64,000 bases of DNA from NCBI GenBank assembly GCA_963724295.1, contig CAVRUC010000004.1:256001-320000 (forward strand), given 5' to 3'. Shown one piece after another: positions 39,252-48,599 of the stretch (positions are counted from its first letter, which is position 1; each line of letters starts with the position of its first letter). The notes beneath the pieces are model-generated. The model saw only the letters and a program-made list of their open reading frames with translations, was not told the DNA's origin and searched no databases. This DNA is from an uncultured Chloroflexia bacterium (GTDB lineage Bacteria > Chloroflexota > Chloroflexia > Thermomicrobiales > UBA6265). Both the position numbers and the translations under genes were made by a program.

Positions 39252-41294
39252 ATGCCTGTCCCATTCCGCAATCGAGTCGATGCTGGCCAGCAGCTCGCAT
39301 CCCACCTGAGCCAGTATCGGGATCGTTCTGACGTTGTCGTCCTGGGGCTACCGCGTGGCGGCGTTCCTGTCGCCGCCGAGGTCGCCACGGCACTCAATGC
39401 GCCCCTCGATGCCTTCCTCGTCCGCAAGCTCGGCGTCCCCGGCCATGAGGAGCTGGCCATGGGCGCAATCGCGTCCGGCGGACTGCGTGTCCTGAACGAG
39501 GACACCGTCCGTGAGCTCCACATTCCGGCTGAGGCCATCGACGCGGTCGAAGCCAACGAGCGTCGTGAGCTTGCCCGCCGCGAGCGCTTGTACCGAGGAT
39601 CCCAGGCGCCACCCGACGTCACCGGCAAGACGGTCATCCTTGTCGATGACGGGCTGGCCACCGGGTCGACGCTGCGCGCGGGTGCGCTCGCCTTGCGCGA
39701 AGGCAATCCGGCGTGGCTCGTCGGCGCGGTCCCCGTCGCATCTCGCACTGTCTGCGATGCGATGCGCGACGTCGTCGACGAGATGGTCTGCGCCGAGACG
39801 CCGGAACCGTTTTACGCCGTTGGCCTCTGGTACGACGATTTCGGACAGACGACCGACGATGAGGTACGTCACCTGCTCGCCCGCGCCGAGAGCCGAATGG
39901 CCGCGACGAGGGTGGAACAGCCTGCCGACTCGCCTTCGACTGTCCCAGCGCCGTCGACGCCTGCGGAAGCCATCGCTCACGCCGCACTTCCGCTACGTGG
40001 CGAAATAGCCGACATCGGTCCGCTCCTGCAGCGTCTCGGACGTGCGGAGATCGTCCTTATCGGCGAGGCGTCGCACGGCACGCATGAGTTCTATGCGCAG
40101 CGCGCCAACATCACCCGTCGTCTCATCGAGGAACGAGGATTCAACGCCGTTGCGGTCGAGGCCGACTGGCCCGATGCCTATCGAATCAACTGCTTCGTCC
40201 GCGGCGAAAGTGATGACCCGGACGCGGAAACAGCGCTCGCGGACTTCCACCGGTTCCCGCGCTGGATGTGGCGCAACGAGGATGTCCTGGAGTTCGTGCG
40301 ATGGCTCCGCGATTACAACGACGCACTGCCTCCCGGCAAGCCCAAGACTGGCTTCTACGGCATCGATCTCTATTCGCTTTCACGGTCGATTGAGGCGGTC
40401 GTCGCCTACCTGGACAAGGTGGATCCGGACGCCGCGGCGCGCGCGCGGGCCCGCTACGCCTGCTTCGACGATTTTGGCGACAACCCCCAGGTCTACGGGC
40501 AGATGGTCTCCCTCGGTCTTGCCGAGGATTGTGAGAATGAAGTCGTCGGGCAACTCCTCGAGCTCCAGCAGCGCTCCGCCGAGCTGAGGAATCGCGACGG
40601 ACGCTCCGGCATGGACGAACAGTTCTTCGCCGAGCAGAACGCGCGGGTAGCCCGCAATGCCGCCGCCTACTACCGCTCCATGTTCCGCGGCCGCGTCTCC
40701 TCGTGGAATCTGCGAGACCAGCACATGGCTGACACGATCGACTCGCTCATCGCGCACCTCCACGAGCAGGATGGTCACGCGCGGATAGCCGTCTGGGCGC
40801 ACAACTCTCACCTTGGCGACGCCCGCGCCACCGAGATGGGAGTCGTCGGCGAGCTCAACGTCGGCCAGCTCATGCGGGAGCGCCACCCCGATGAGACTTA
40901 TGGCATTGGGTTCACGACGTACGAGGGCACGGTGGCGGCCGCGGCCGAATGGGACAGTCCAGCCCGCCGGCGCCGTGTCCTCCCAGGACTCCCCGGGTCG
41001 TACGAAGACCTGCTGCATCAGGCGTCCGCGATCGCGGAGACGGACCTCATGCTCGATCTACGCAACCAGGGCGCGGCGACGGAGACGCTCGCCGAGCCGC
41101 GCCTGGAGCGTGCTATCGGCGTCATCTACAAACCGGAAACGGAGCGATTCAGTCACTACTTCCACGCCATTCTGCCCAGGCAGTTCGACGCCGTGCTCCA
41201 CATCGACCGCACGTCCGCCGTGCAACCGCTGGACGCCGACCCCGGATTCGAAGCGCCTGACGAAATGCCGGAGACCTGGCCCTTCGGTGTGTAG
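39252..41294 (+). CDS. Phosphoribosyltransferase + erythromycin-esterase-family fusion (Rv2030c-like)
   Basis: GLPRGGVPV, LVDDGLATG; GEASHGTHEF, WMWRN, WAHNSHLGDARAT, ERAIGVIY. Confidence 0.92.
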   Translation: MPVPFRNRVDAGQQLASHLSQYRDRSDVVVLGLPRGGVPVAAEVATALNAPLDAFLVRKLGVPGHEELAMGAIASGGLRVLNEDTVRELHIPAEAIDAVEANERRELARRERLYRGSQAPPDVTGKTVILVDDGLATGSTLRAGALALREGNPAWLVGAVPVASRTVCDAMRDVVDEMVCAETPEPFYAVGLWYDDFGQTTDDEVRHLLARAESRMAATRVEQPADSPSTVPAPSTPAEAIAHAALPLRGEIADIGPLLQRLGRAEIVLIGEASHGTHEFYAQRANITRRLIEERGFNAVAVEADWPDAYRINCFVRGESDDPDAETALADFHRFPRWMWRNEDVLEFVRWLRDYNDALPPGKPKTGFYGIDLYSLSRSIEAVVAYLDKVDPDAAARARARYACFDDFGDNPQVYGQMVSLGLAEDCENEVVGQLLELQQRSAELRNRDGRSGMDEQFFAEQNARVARNAAAYYRSMFRGRVSSWNLRDQHMADTIDSLIAHLHEQDGHARIAVWAHNSHLGDARATEMGVVGELNVGQLMRERHPDETYGIGFTTYEGTVAAAAEWDSPARRRRVLPGLPGSYEDLLHQASAIAETDLMLDLRNQGAATETLAEPRLERAIGVIYKPETERFSHYFHAILPRQFDAVLHIDRTSAVQPLDADPGFEAPDEMPETWPFGV

Positions 41295-41405
41295 GTCGCA
41301 GACGGCCAGACGGCAAGACGGCAAGATGGCCAGTTGGGGCGACGCCCGCGTCGCCCGCTACACCACAACCCGAGTCCCCTATCACCCCATCGTCTGGAGG
41401 TCCCG

Positions 41406-42128
41406 ATGAGCTCCACTCCTTCTGCGCGGCAACTCCCTGAGCCTCGCGACGTGCGTCTGTCGCTCCCCGGCGCCGAGCTGGAAGGCTCCCTCACCCTTCC
41501 CGAAGAGGCGCGTGGGCTCGTGCTTTTCGCACACGGTAGCGGCTCATCCCGCCACTCTCCCCGCAATCGATACGTCGCGGAGATCTTGCAAGCCGCCGGG
41601 TTGGGAACCTTGTTGATGGACCTTCTCACCCGCGACGAGGACGAGGTTGATCGGTTCACCAGGCAGTTTCGGTTCGATATCGGGCTGCTTGGGGACCGAC
41701 TCACGGGCGCAATCGACTGGCTCGAGCGCCAATCGGAAACTCGCGAACTCCCCATTGGACTGTTCGGCGCCAGCACCGGCGCCGCGGCTGCCCTGCAAGC
41801 CGCGGCCGCTCGTCCTAACCGTGTCCGTACCGTCGTCAGCCGCGGCGGTCGCCCGGATCTGGCGGGAGAGGCGCTCGAACGTGTACAAGTTCCCACGCTG
41901 TTGATCGTCGGTGCCGACGATACTCCGGTCATTCCACTCAACGATGCGGCGCGGCGGCAAATGAAGGCTCCCGTGGAGATGCGACTCGTGCCGGGAGCGA
42001 GTCACCTCTTTGAGGAACCCGGTACCCTTGCCGCGGCCTCGGCGCTGGCCCGAGACTGGTTTGTGCGTCAGCTCACGATCGAGGCGAACAGCGGCTCGCC
42101 GCGTTCCGCAAGGGAGCAGACTGGATGA
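41406..42128 (+). CDS. Dienelactone hydrolase-family alpha/beta hydrolase
   Basis: FAHGSGSSRHSPRN, GASTG, SRGGRPDL, HLFEEPG. Confidence 0.9.
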   Translation: MSSTPSARQLPEPRDVRLSLPGAELEGSLTLPEEARGLVLFAHGSGSSRHSPRNRYVAEILQAAGLGTLLMDLLTRDEDEVDRFTRQFRFDIGLLGDRLTGAIDWLERQSETRELPIGLFGASTGAAAALQAAAARPNRVRTVVSRGGRPDLAGEALERVQVPTLLIVGADDTPVIPLNDAARRQMKAPVEMRLVPGASHLFEEPGTLAAASALARDWFVRQLTIEANSGSPRSAREQTG

Positions 42129-43118
42129 CCGTCGTTCTTGCTCCGGTTGATGGCTCGACTCGCGCCCTGCGCGCTGTGCCCTGGGCCGCCAAGCTCGCTG
42201 GCCCGAGCGGCACGGTTGTCCTCCTCCGCGTCGTCCCAGCACAGCCCGCGTATGCGGAAACACTCTTCTCGTTGGTCGGCGACGAGGACACCGTTCAGGG
42301 GATTCAGGACGCCTGGACTCAGATCGCCAGGACGGACATGGATGAGGCCGCGGCACTGCTCTCAGGGATCTGGTGTCGCCGTGGAGCAGATGATGGCGGA
42401 GGGCGAGCCGGACGAAGAGATCGTGGCCGCCGCCGCACAGCGCGGGGTCGAGATGATCGCCATGGCCAGTCATGGCCGGGGCGCCGTAGGTCGCGCCATT
42501 TTCGGCAGCGTCGCCGACCGTGTCGCTCGCACCGCACCGGTACCGATCCTGATCCTCCGCGTGCCCGACGAGGATGTGGACCACGGCGTCGTCGTCTCAC
42601 GCATCGTCGTCCCACTCGACGGTTCGCAGATTGCCGAACGGGCGCTGCCGGTCGCCGGCCAACTGTCCAGGCAGCTCGCCGCCCCGGTGCACATCGTGCG
42701 CGCGGTCGACCCGGCATCGACGCTCCCGATGGCATCTGGCGTCTTCGGCGCGGCGCCGGCGCTTAGTACCGATGTGACGGATCAGATCTGGGAGGAAGCG
42801 GAATCGGAAGCACGGTCGACAGTGACCGCGGCGGTATCGCGATTGCAGGCCGAGGAGATCGATGCGTCGGGCGGTATTCTCAACGGCTCGCCCTTCTTCG
42901 CCATCAGTGAAGCGACCCAGGCAGGTGACCTTCTCGTCTTGACCTCGCACGGTCGCGGCGGCGTCCGGCGCTGGCTCCTCGGTAGCGTCGCCGAAAAGCT
43001 CGTGCGCGAAGCCGATGCTCCGGTGCTGCTCGTTCCCGCCCCGGAACGGGACCAATCCCACGCTACCATTCCCTCTGGCACTTTCGGGACCGAGGCGCCA
43101 GGAGCAAGAGGCACGTGA
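42125..43118 (+). CDS. Tandem-domain universal stress protein; apparent +1 frameshift at ~42365
   Basis: VLAPVDGS in one frame; SHGRG...GSVADRV, VVPLDGS and SHGRGG...GSVAEKLV in the next; extra G in CAGGGATC. Confidence 0.85.
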
Positions 43119-44413
43119 CTACGACCGCGCCAATCGTCGCCAACGCCATCACGGAGGCACGAGCCCGAGGACTCGGTCCGTTCGAGTACCTCCAATCGCG
43201 CGGCTACGTGCAGGACGTCTCCGATCCGGATGGGCTGCGGCAGGCGTTCGCTGACGGCGTCGTCACCGCCTACATCGGCTTCGACCCGACGGCGCCGTCG
43301 CTGCACGTCGGTCACATGCTGGGCATGATGATGCTGGCCTCATTGCAGCGGTTCGGCCACCGGCCGATCGCGCTTGGCGGCGGTGGCACCGCGCTCGTTG
43401 GCGATCCCACCGGCAAGACCTCGACGAGGGCCATCGCCTCCGAGGGGGAGATTCGCTCCAATCTGGAGAGCATCCTGCCGCAGTTCGAGCGCTACCTCGA
43501 TTTCGAGGGGCACCGCTGGGGCGCCAATCCGCCGGCCTTGCTGCTCAACAATGCCGACTGGTTGCTCTCATTGCATTACATCCCGTTCTTGCGTGATATC
43601 GGCCGCCATTTCTCGGTCAACGAGATGTTGGCCGCGGAGACCTACCGCACGAGATTGGAGACGACCGGGCTCAACTTCGTGGAGTTCAACTACCGACTGG
43701 TTCAGGCCTATGACTTCCTCCACCTCTTCCGCGAGGAAAACTGCACCTTGCAGATGGGTGGGTCTGATCAGTGGGGGAATATCGTCGCCGGCGTCGAGCT
43801 CATCCGAAAGGCCGACGCTGGGCAGGCCTTTGCGCTCGTCTGTCCGCTGCTGACGACCGCCTCCGGCGAGAAGATGGGCAAGAGCGAAGGCAATTCCCTC
43901 TGGCTCGACCCGGACCTGACACCACCGTACGACTTCTACCAGTACTGGATCAATGTCGACGACGCCGACGTCGAGCGCTTGCTCCGGCTCTACACCTTCC
44001 TGCCGGAGTCACGCATCGAGGAGCTCACCCACGCTGAGGGAGTCGAGCTGCGCGAGGCGAAGCAGGCGCTGGCGCGCGAGGTAACGACGCTGACCCACGG
44101 TGAGGCGGCGGCAGCCTCCGCTGAGGCGGCGACACGCGCCCTCTTCAGCGGCGCCCCGGATATTGCCGACCCGAACATCCCGACCACCGAGATCGCGGCG
44201 GATGAAGCCACCGGCATGTCCCTGGCCGATCTGTTTGTACGAGCCGGGCTCGTACCATCGCGCGGCGAAGCCCGGCGCAAGGCTACGGAAGGCGCCCTCT
44301 GGATGGACGGCGAGCGGCTGGAGAACGTTGACGCGCCATTCAAACCGGGCCGCGATGCCACGCTGCTTCGCTTCGGCAAGAAGCGACACCGCCGTATTCG
44401 TGTGGTGTCCTGA
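43115..44413 (+). CDS. tyrS: Tyrosine--tRNA ligase
   Basis: YIGFDPTAPSLHVGH, QMGGSDQWGNI, KMGKS, C-terminal S4-like domain ending GKK. Confidence 0.97.
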   Translation: MTTTAPIVANAITEARARGLGPFEYLQSRGYVQDVSDPDGLRQAFADGVVTAYIGFDPTAPSLHVGHMLGMMMLASLQRFGHRPIALGGGGTALVGDPTGKTSTRAIASEGEIRSNLESILPQFERYLDFEGHRWGANPPALLLNNADWLLSLHYIPFLRDIGRHFSVNEMLAAETYRTRLETTGLNFVEFNYRLVQAYDFLHLFREENCTLQMGGSDQWGNIVAGVELIRKADAGQAFALVCPLLTTASGEKMGKSEGNSLWLDPDLTPPYDFYQYWINVDDADVERLLRLYTFLPESRIEELTHAEGVELREAKQALAREVTTLTHGEAAAASAEAATRALFSGAPDIADPNIPTTEIAADEATGMSLADLFVRAGLVPSRGEARRKATEGALWMDGERLENVDAPFKPGRDATLLRFGKKRHRRIRVVS

Positions 44414-44434
44414 CCGAAATTGTCCCGGATGCGA

Positions 44435-44938
44435 TCAGTCGCCCAGGCCGGGGATGGCGCGCCGGATGACGTCGATATCGGGGAGCGCATCGAGTAATCC
44501 CGCCAGCAGCAGCAGGTCACCGGCGACGACGAGCACGAGGAGCGCCAGGGGACCGGCCGGCCCACCCTGGCGCAGCAAGCGCCCCATGCCAAGGAAATTG
44601 ACACTGGCGCCGACGAAGATTACCCAGATCAGTCCCACCAGAAATCCACCCAGGAGCTGTGCTTGGGTGTGCGCGAGGTCTCTGGAGAGCAATGCGGCAA
44701 CATTGAGGATTCCGAGCACGATACCGGGCAGCAGGAGCAGCGCCACAGCACCCCATGCGCCCTGGGCGGAGCGCGCCTGGCGCGGCATGCGGGCCGGCCG
44801 CCGTTGGTGTGGCCACGCGCCCTCGGTCGCTGTTTCGACTGACTGGATGGTGAAAACCAGGGCGACACAGAGACCAATCAGGAGCCAGACCCGGCTGTCG
44901 TCCAGCCGGAGCACCTCGCGGATTTCTTCGAACGACAC
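44435..44938 (-). CDS. Hypothetical multi-pass membrane protein
   Basis: Four hydrophobic helices; SD GGAG before GTG 44938. Confidence 0.7.
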   Translation of the reverse strand: MSFEEIREVLRLDDSRVWLLIGLCVALVFTIQSVETATEGAWPHQRRPARMPRQARSAQGAWGAVALLLLPGIVLGILNVAALLSRDLAHTQAQLLGGFLVGLIWVIFVGASVNFLGMGRLLRQGGPAGPLALLVLVVAGDLLLLAGLLDALPDIDVIRRAIPGLGD

Positions 44939-45105
44939 CCTGTTCTCCCTGGTCGCCGGGGCGACAACGCGGCGCGAGGGTAGCACAGGATGCCCCGCGC
45001 AACTGAACGTCTCGTGACACCAACTGGCTCGCGGCGCCTCGATCGCCGCACCGTCGGTACACGGACGACCGTCGCCGCGCGATCGACCGGTTCACGATTC
45101 GAGAC

Positions 45106-45936
45106 GTGGTTCAGCACGTGAACGAAATGTTTTATGCCGACCCCGAGCACCGACCCTTCCTCTTTGCGGCGGGGTCCTCCCGCGCGCTCCTCATCCATGG
45201 TTTCCTGGGCTCACCCCGTGAACTGCGGCCATTGGCCCAGGAGCTCGCGAGCGCCGGTGTCACGGCTCGCGGCGTGCTCCTGCCAGGCTTTGGCGCGGAT
45301 ATCGCGCGTTTGAAAGAGGTGCGGGCCGAGGAATGGCTCGCTGCGGCTCGAACCGCCTGGGAGGAGACCCGCGCAGGCGCCTCCCGTACCACCTTGATTG
45401 GGTTCTCCATGGGCGGCGCGGTCGCACTGCGGCTTGCCGCGGAAGCCGGGTTGGCCCCGGATCAGCTCATCCTGCTGGCGCCGCACTGGAAATTCGCCGA
45501 CCGCCGCGCGGTCGTCCTTCCCGTGGCCAAGTACGTGCTCCGAGAGTTCAAACCGTTCGGCCGAATCGACTTTGATAGTCCCGACATGCGCCGGATGCTC
45601 GCGGAACTGGCCCCAGGCGCCGACCTCGACGATCCCCAGGTGCGCCATGCGCTTCGCAACTCCGCCACGATTCCCACCCGTGCCCTCGATGAGCTGCGCC
45701 GGGTCGGCCGTGGCGCGGCCGCGAGCGCGTCGCGCGTTTCCGCACCGGCCACCATTGTGCAGGGCGTGCAGGACACCGCGACGCTGCCGGCCTATTCGCG
45801 CCAACTTGCCGCGCGCATGGGCGCTGAGTTGCGTGAAATTCCGGGAGATCACATGATCGTCGATCCGGAGCGCCCCTCCTGGAGCTCGGTGAGGGACCTT
45901 GTGGTCAGGCTTGCGGCCGGAAGCGGAGCGGCATGA
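45106..45936 (+). CDS. Carboxylesterase (alpha/beta hydrolase)
   Basis: LIHGFLGSP, GFSMGG, QG.QD, DH. Confidence 0.88.
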   Translation: MVQHVNEMFYADPEHRPFLFAAGSSRALLIHGFLGSPRELRPLAQELASAGVTARGVLLPGFGADIARLKEVRAEEWLAAARTAWEETRAGASRTTLIGFSMGGAVALRLAAEAGLAPDQLILLAPHWKFADRRAVVLPVAKYVLREFKPFGRIDFDSPDMRRMLAELAPGADLDDPQVRHALRNSATIPTRALDELRRVGRGAAASASRVSAPATIVQGVQDTATLPAYSRQLAARMGAELREIPGDHMIVDPERPSWSSVRDLVVRLAAGSGAA

Positions 45937-45957
45937 GGCGCTGCAGCGAGTTGCTCG

Positions 45958-46815
45958 CTACGATGGTGACGCGTATCCCGCTTCCCGCAGCGCGGTCAGC
46001 TCTCGCTCGCCACGCTCGCGCAAGGCGGCCAACCAGTCCTCTCGATGGGGCCGTAGCATCTCCGCCAGCGCTTGGGCGACGGCCAGGTTGCGGTACCACT
46101 TGCGGTCGGAGGGAACCACGTACCAGGGCGCCCAGGACGTGGCTGTCGCGTTGATAGCTGCCTGGTAGGCCGCCATGTACTCGTCCCAGCGCTGCCGCTC
46201 TTGCCAGTCGCCGAGCGACAGCTTCCACCACTTTGCGACCTCTTCCTGCCGCGCCAACAGACGCCCCTCCTGCTCCGCTTTGCTGATGTGGAGAAAGAAT
46301 TTCGCGACGAAGGTCCGCGACTGATCGAGCAGCAACTCGAAGTCGTTGATGTGTGGATAGCGGCTGACCGCTATCTCGGGCGAGACGATCCCTTGCACCA
46401 GCTCGACGAGGACCGCCTCATAGTAGGAGCGATTGAAGACCACGACCGACGACAACGCCGGCGTGCGCAGGTGATGACGCCACAGGAAGTCGTGCGCTCG
46501 CTCCTCCGCGGTTGGAACCTTGAACGACCAGACATGGACACCGGCCGCATTCATGTCGTTCAGAACCGCCCGGATCGTGCCGTCCTTGCCGGAGGTGTCC
46601 ATGCCCTGGAGGACAATCAGCAGCGCGTCGGTCCCGGCTGCGAACAACAGCTCCTGGAGCTCGCCGAGCTCCTTGACCAACGCCTCGAACTCCACTTTTC
46701 CGGCTTCCTTGGAGATCTCGCTGTCACCCCGGGTATCGAGGGCCGCAAGATCGACTGCCTGGCTTCCGTCGCAGCGGAGCGCGTATCCCATGCTTCCCAT
46801 CCAGTTTCCCGTCAC
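45958..46815 (-). CDS. ppk2: Polyphosphate kinase 2 family protein
   Basis: QGMDTSGKDG, SFKVP, HDFLWR, FNRSYYE, APWYVVP.D.KWYR. Confidence 0.92.
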   Translation of the reverse strand: MTGNWMGSMGYALRCDGSQAVDLAALDTRGDSEISKEAGKVEFEALVKELGELQELLFAAGTDALLIVLQGMDTSGKDGTIRAVLNDMNAAGVHVWSFKVPTAEERAHDFLWRHHLRTPALSSVVVFNRSYYEAVLVELVQGIVSPEIAVSRYPHINDFELLLDQSRTFVAKFFLHISKAEQEGRLLARQEEVAKWWKLSLGDWQERQRWDEYMAAYQAAINATATSWAPWYVVPSDRKWYRNLAVAQALAEMLRPHREDWLAALRERGERELTALREAGYASPS

Positions 46816-46896
46816 GATTGGCTCGCGGTTCGTACCCCTGCGGGTGATCGTCCTTGATCAGAGGGGTATAGCCGATCGGCTGGGTTGTGGTCCTAC

Positions 46897-47722
46897 TCAG
46901 GTGAGCGTGACGCCCTCGATGGCAAGCAGGCGATGTTTGATACCGAGGCCGCCCGTGTAGCCGCCGATCGTGGCATCAGAGCGAATCACGCGGTGGCAGG
47001 GCACGATCACCGGGATCGGGTTTCGGCCGAGGGCGTTGCCAACCGCGCGCGTCGCCCCGGGTTTGCCGATCTTGCGCGCGATGCCCGCGTAGGTATCGAC
47101 GTGGCCGAAAGGCACTGTTGCCGTTGCCTCGAGCACCGCACGTTGAAAGGGGGCCATTCTCCCCCAGTCGAGCGGAATGTCGAACCGCGCGCGCTGGCCG
47201 CCGAAATACTCCCGTAGCTCAGACGCGGCACGCCGCAGGATCACTTGAACGTCGGGCGCCGCGTCCTCGATGCGCTCCAGTCGCACCGGTTCCACGCCGC
47301 GCTCTCGCTGCCGCCCCACGAAGGCAGAATCCGACACCTGAGATCCGAACTCGATCTCCCGCAAACCTTCGGGCGTCGCCGCCAGGATAAGCTCCCCGAT
47401 GGGGCTATCGATCCGCGTGTACCAGACCCGGTCTCGTCGCGGCAGCGCGACTGGCGGTGGCTCGCATGACTCCACCTCGATCGCTCCGACGGCGGTCAAG
47501 GCTTCGCCCAGCCGGTCGTAACGTCTCAGCTCGTTCGCGCAATAGTTGCAATCGTCGGTATGCTCGAGCAGCCAGCCTACATCGTGATTGAGAGAGATCG
47601 CCGACAACGCGAGCCGGCATCGCCTCGCACGCCACGTCGCAGGGATCGACGTCCGGCTTGCTGGCCGCCTCTTCGAGTCCGATTATTAATCGTCTGTCGC
47701 GATTCCTGCTCGGTCGGTCCAT
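46897..47722 (-). CDS. ogt: Methylated-DNA--protein-cysteine methyltransferase with N-terminal zf-HC2 (ZAS anti-sigma) domain; apparent +1 frameshift at ~47592; start uncertain (47722-47735)
   Basis: SPIGEL, YFGG.R..F, RAVGNALGRNPIPVIVPCHRV; N-terminal C...GDLS...HTDDCNYC. Confidence 0.88.
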
Positions 47723-47758
47723 TCATAGAATTCATCCTTCTCCAATGCGGGTCGGCCA

Positions 47759-48334
47759 TCAAATTCGGTCTCCGAACCGGTCGCGCAGCTTTCGTAGCGC
47801 CTCGTGCACGCTGCGGCGAGCGGCCTCCTCGGAGCAGCCGAGTGTGGCCGCGATTTCCGGGTAACCAATGTCCAGGTACTTACGTTGCACCAGGGCTATG
47901 CGTTGCTTCGGCGGGAGGGCCTCGATGAAGCCCTCGACTTCGCGCAACAGATTTCCGGCGTCGAGCCGTCCGTCGTCGTCCCGGCTTGCGGCCGGAATGC
48001 TCTCCACGGTCGCTTCGGCGTCCAGGGAGCGCAAGCGCGATGTCTTCCGTTTGTCACTCAAGAATGTATTCGACGCGATACGGTAGAGCCAGGCGCGATG
48101 GTTGGCATCGCAGGGCAGCCGGTCCCAGGCCCGATATGCCTTGAGTGCGGTTTCCTGATAGAGGTCGTCCGCGTCGGTCCGGTTGCGCGTCAGGTGCAGG
48201 GCAAAGCGATAGATCTCGGCGCCGTACCGGGCCAGCGTCTCATCGAACGTCGCCTGTACTGCCGGTTCCAACATAGCCGCGCGCGCTGATCTCGCGACGG
48301 TCATCGGCGCTGCCGCCATCGCCGCCTCCGCCAC
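47759..48334 (-). CDS. ECF-type RNA polymerase sigma factor
   Basis: Region 2 DADDLYQETALKAY and AWLYRIASN; region 4 LPPKQR...YPEIAATLGCSE. Confidence 0.93.
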   Translation of the reverse strand: MAEAAMAAAPMTVARSARAAMLEPAVQATFDETLARYGAEIYRFALHLTRNRTDADDLYQETALKAYRAWDRLPCDANHRAWLYRIASNTFLSDKRKTSRLRSLDAEATVESIPAASRDDDGRLDAGNLLREVEGFIEALPPKQRIALVQRKYLDIGYPEIAATLGCSEEAARRSVHEALRKLRDRFGDRI

Positions 48335-48450
48335 TATCGTTCCTCCCGATCATACCCGTTCGCCGTAGATCGTAAACAATTCCTGGTTCCACAATAAGAA
48401 ACGCACCGTCCGAAAATTTGTGAGATCACCATGTGGGAGTCATCCGACTA

Positions 48451-48495
48451 ACCATCACCCATCGCCCATGACCCATCACCGCACCACCCCATTAC
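48451..48495. repeat. Degenerate 7-bp tandem array (CCATCAC)n
   Basis: accatcacccatcgcccatgacccatcacc. Confidence 0.6.
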
Positions 48496-48599
48496 CCTCG
48501 TGGTAGTATCCGCCGGCGCGGCTCGTGCGTTATGGTCGATGGGACCGCACGCGCGACTTCTCTAGCTGCTCCGCCGCGATGAAGTGAGACTACCCGTCC

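Noticed and set aside
39252..41294. Erythromycin resistance gene
   Set aside because: The PRTase-fused Rv2030c-like architecture belongs to the broad esterase superfamily; nothing indicates EreA/EreB activity or a mobile context
42125..43118. USP, acyl-CoA ligase and ogt as true pseudogenes or programmed frameshifts
   Set aside because: Single +1 events without further decay or canonical slippery heptamers; assembly error is more parsimonious
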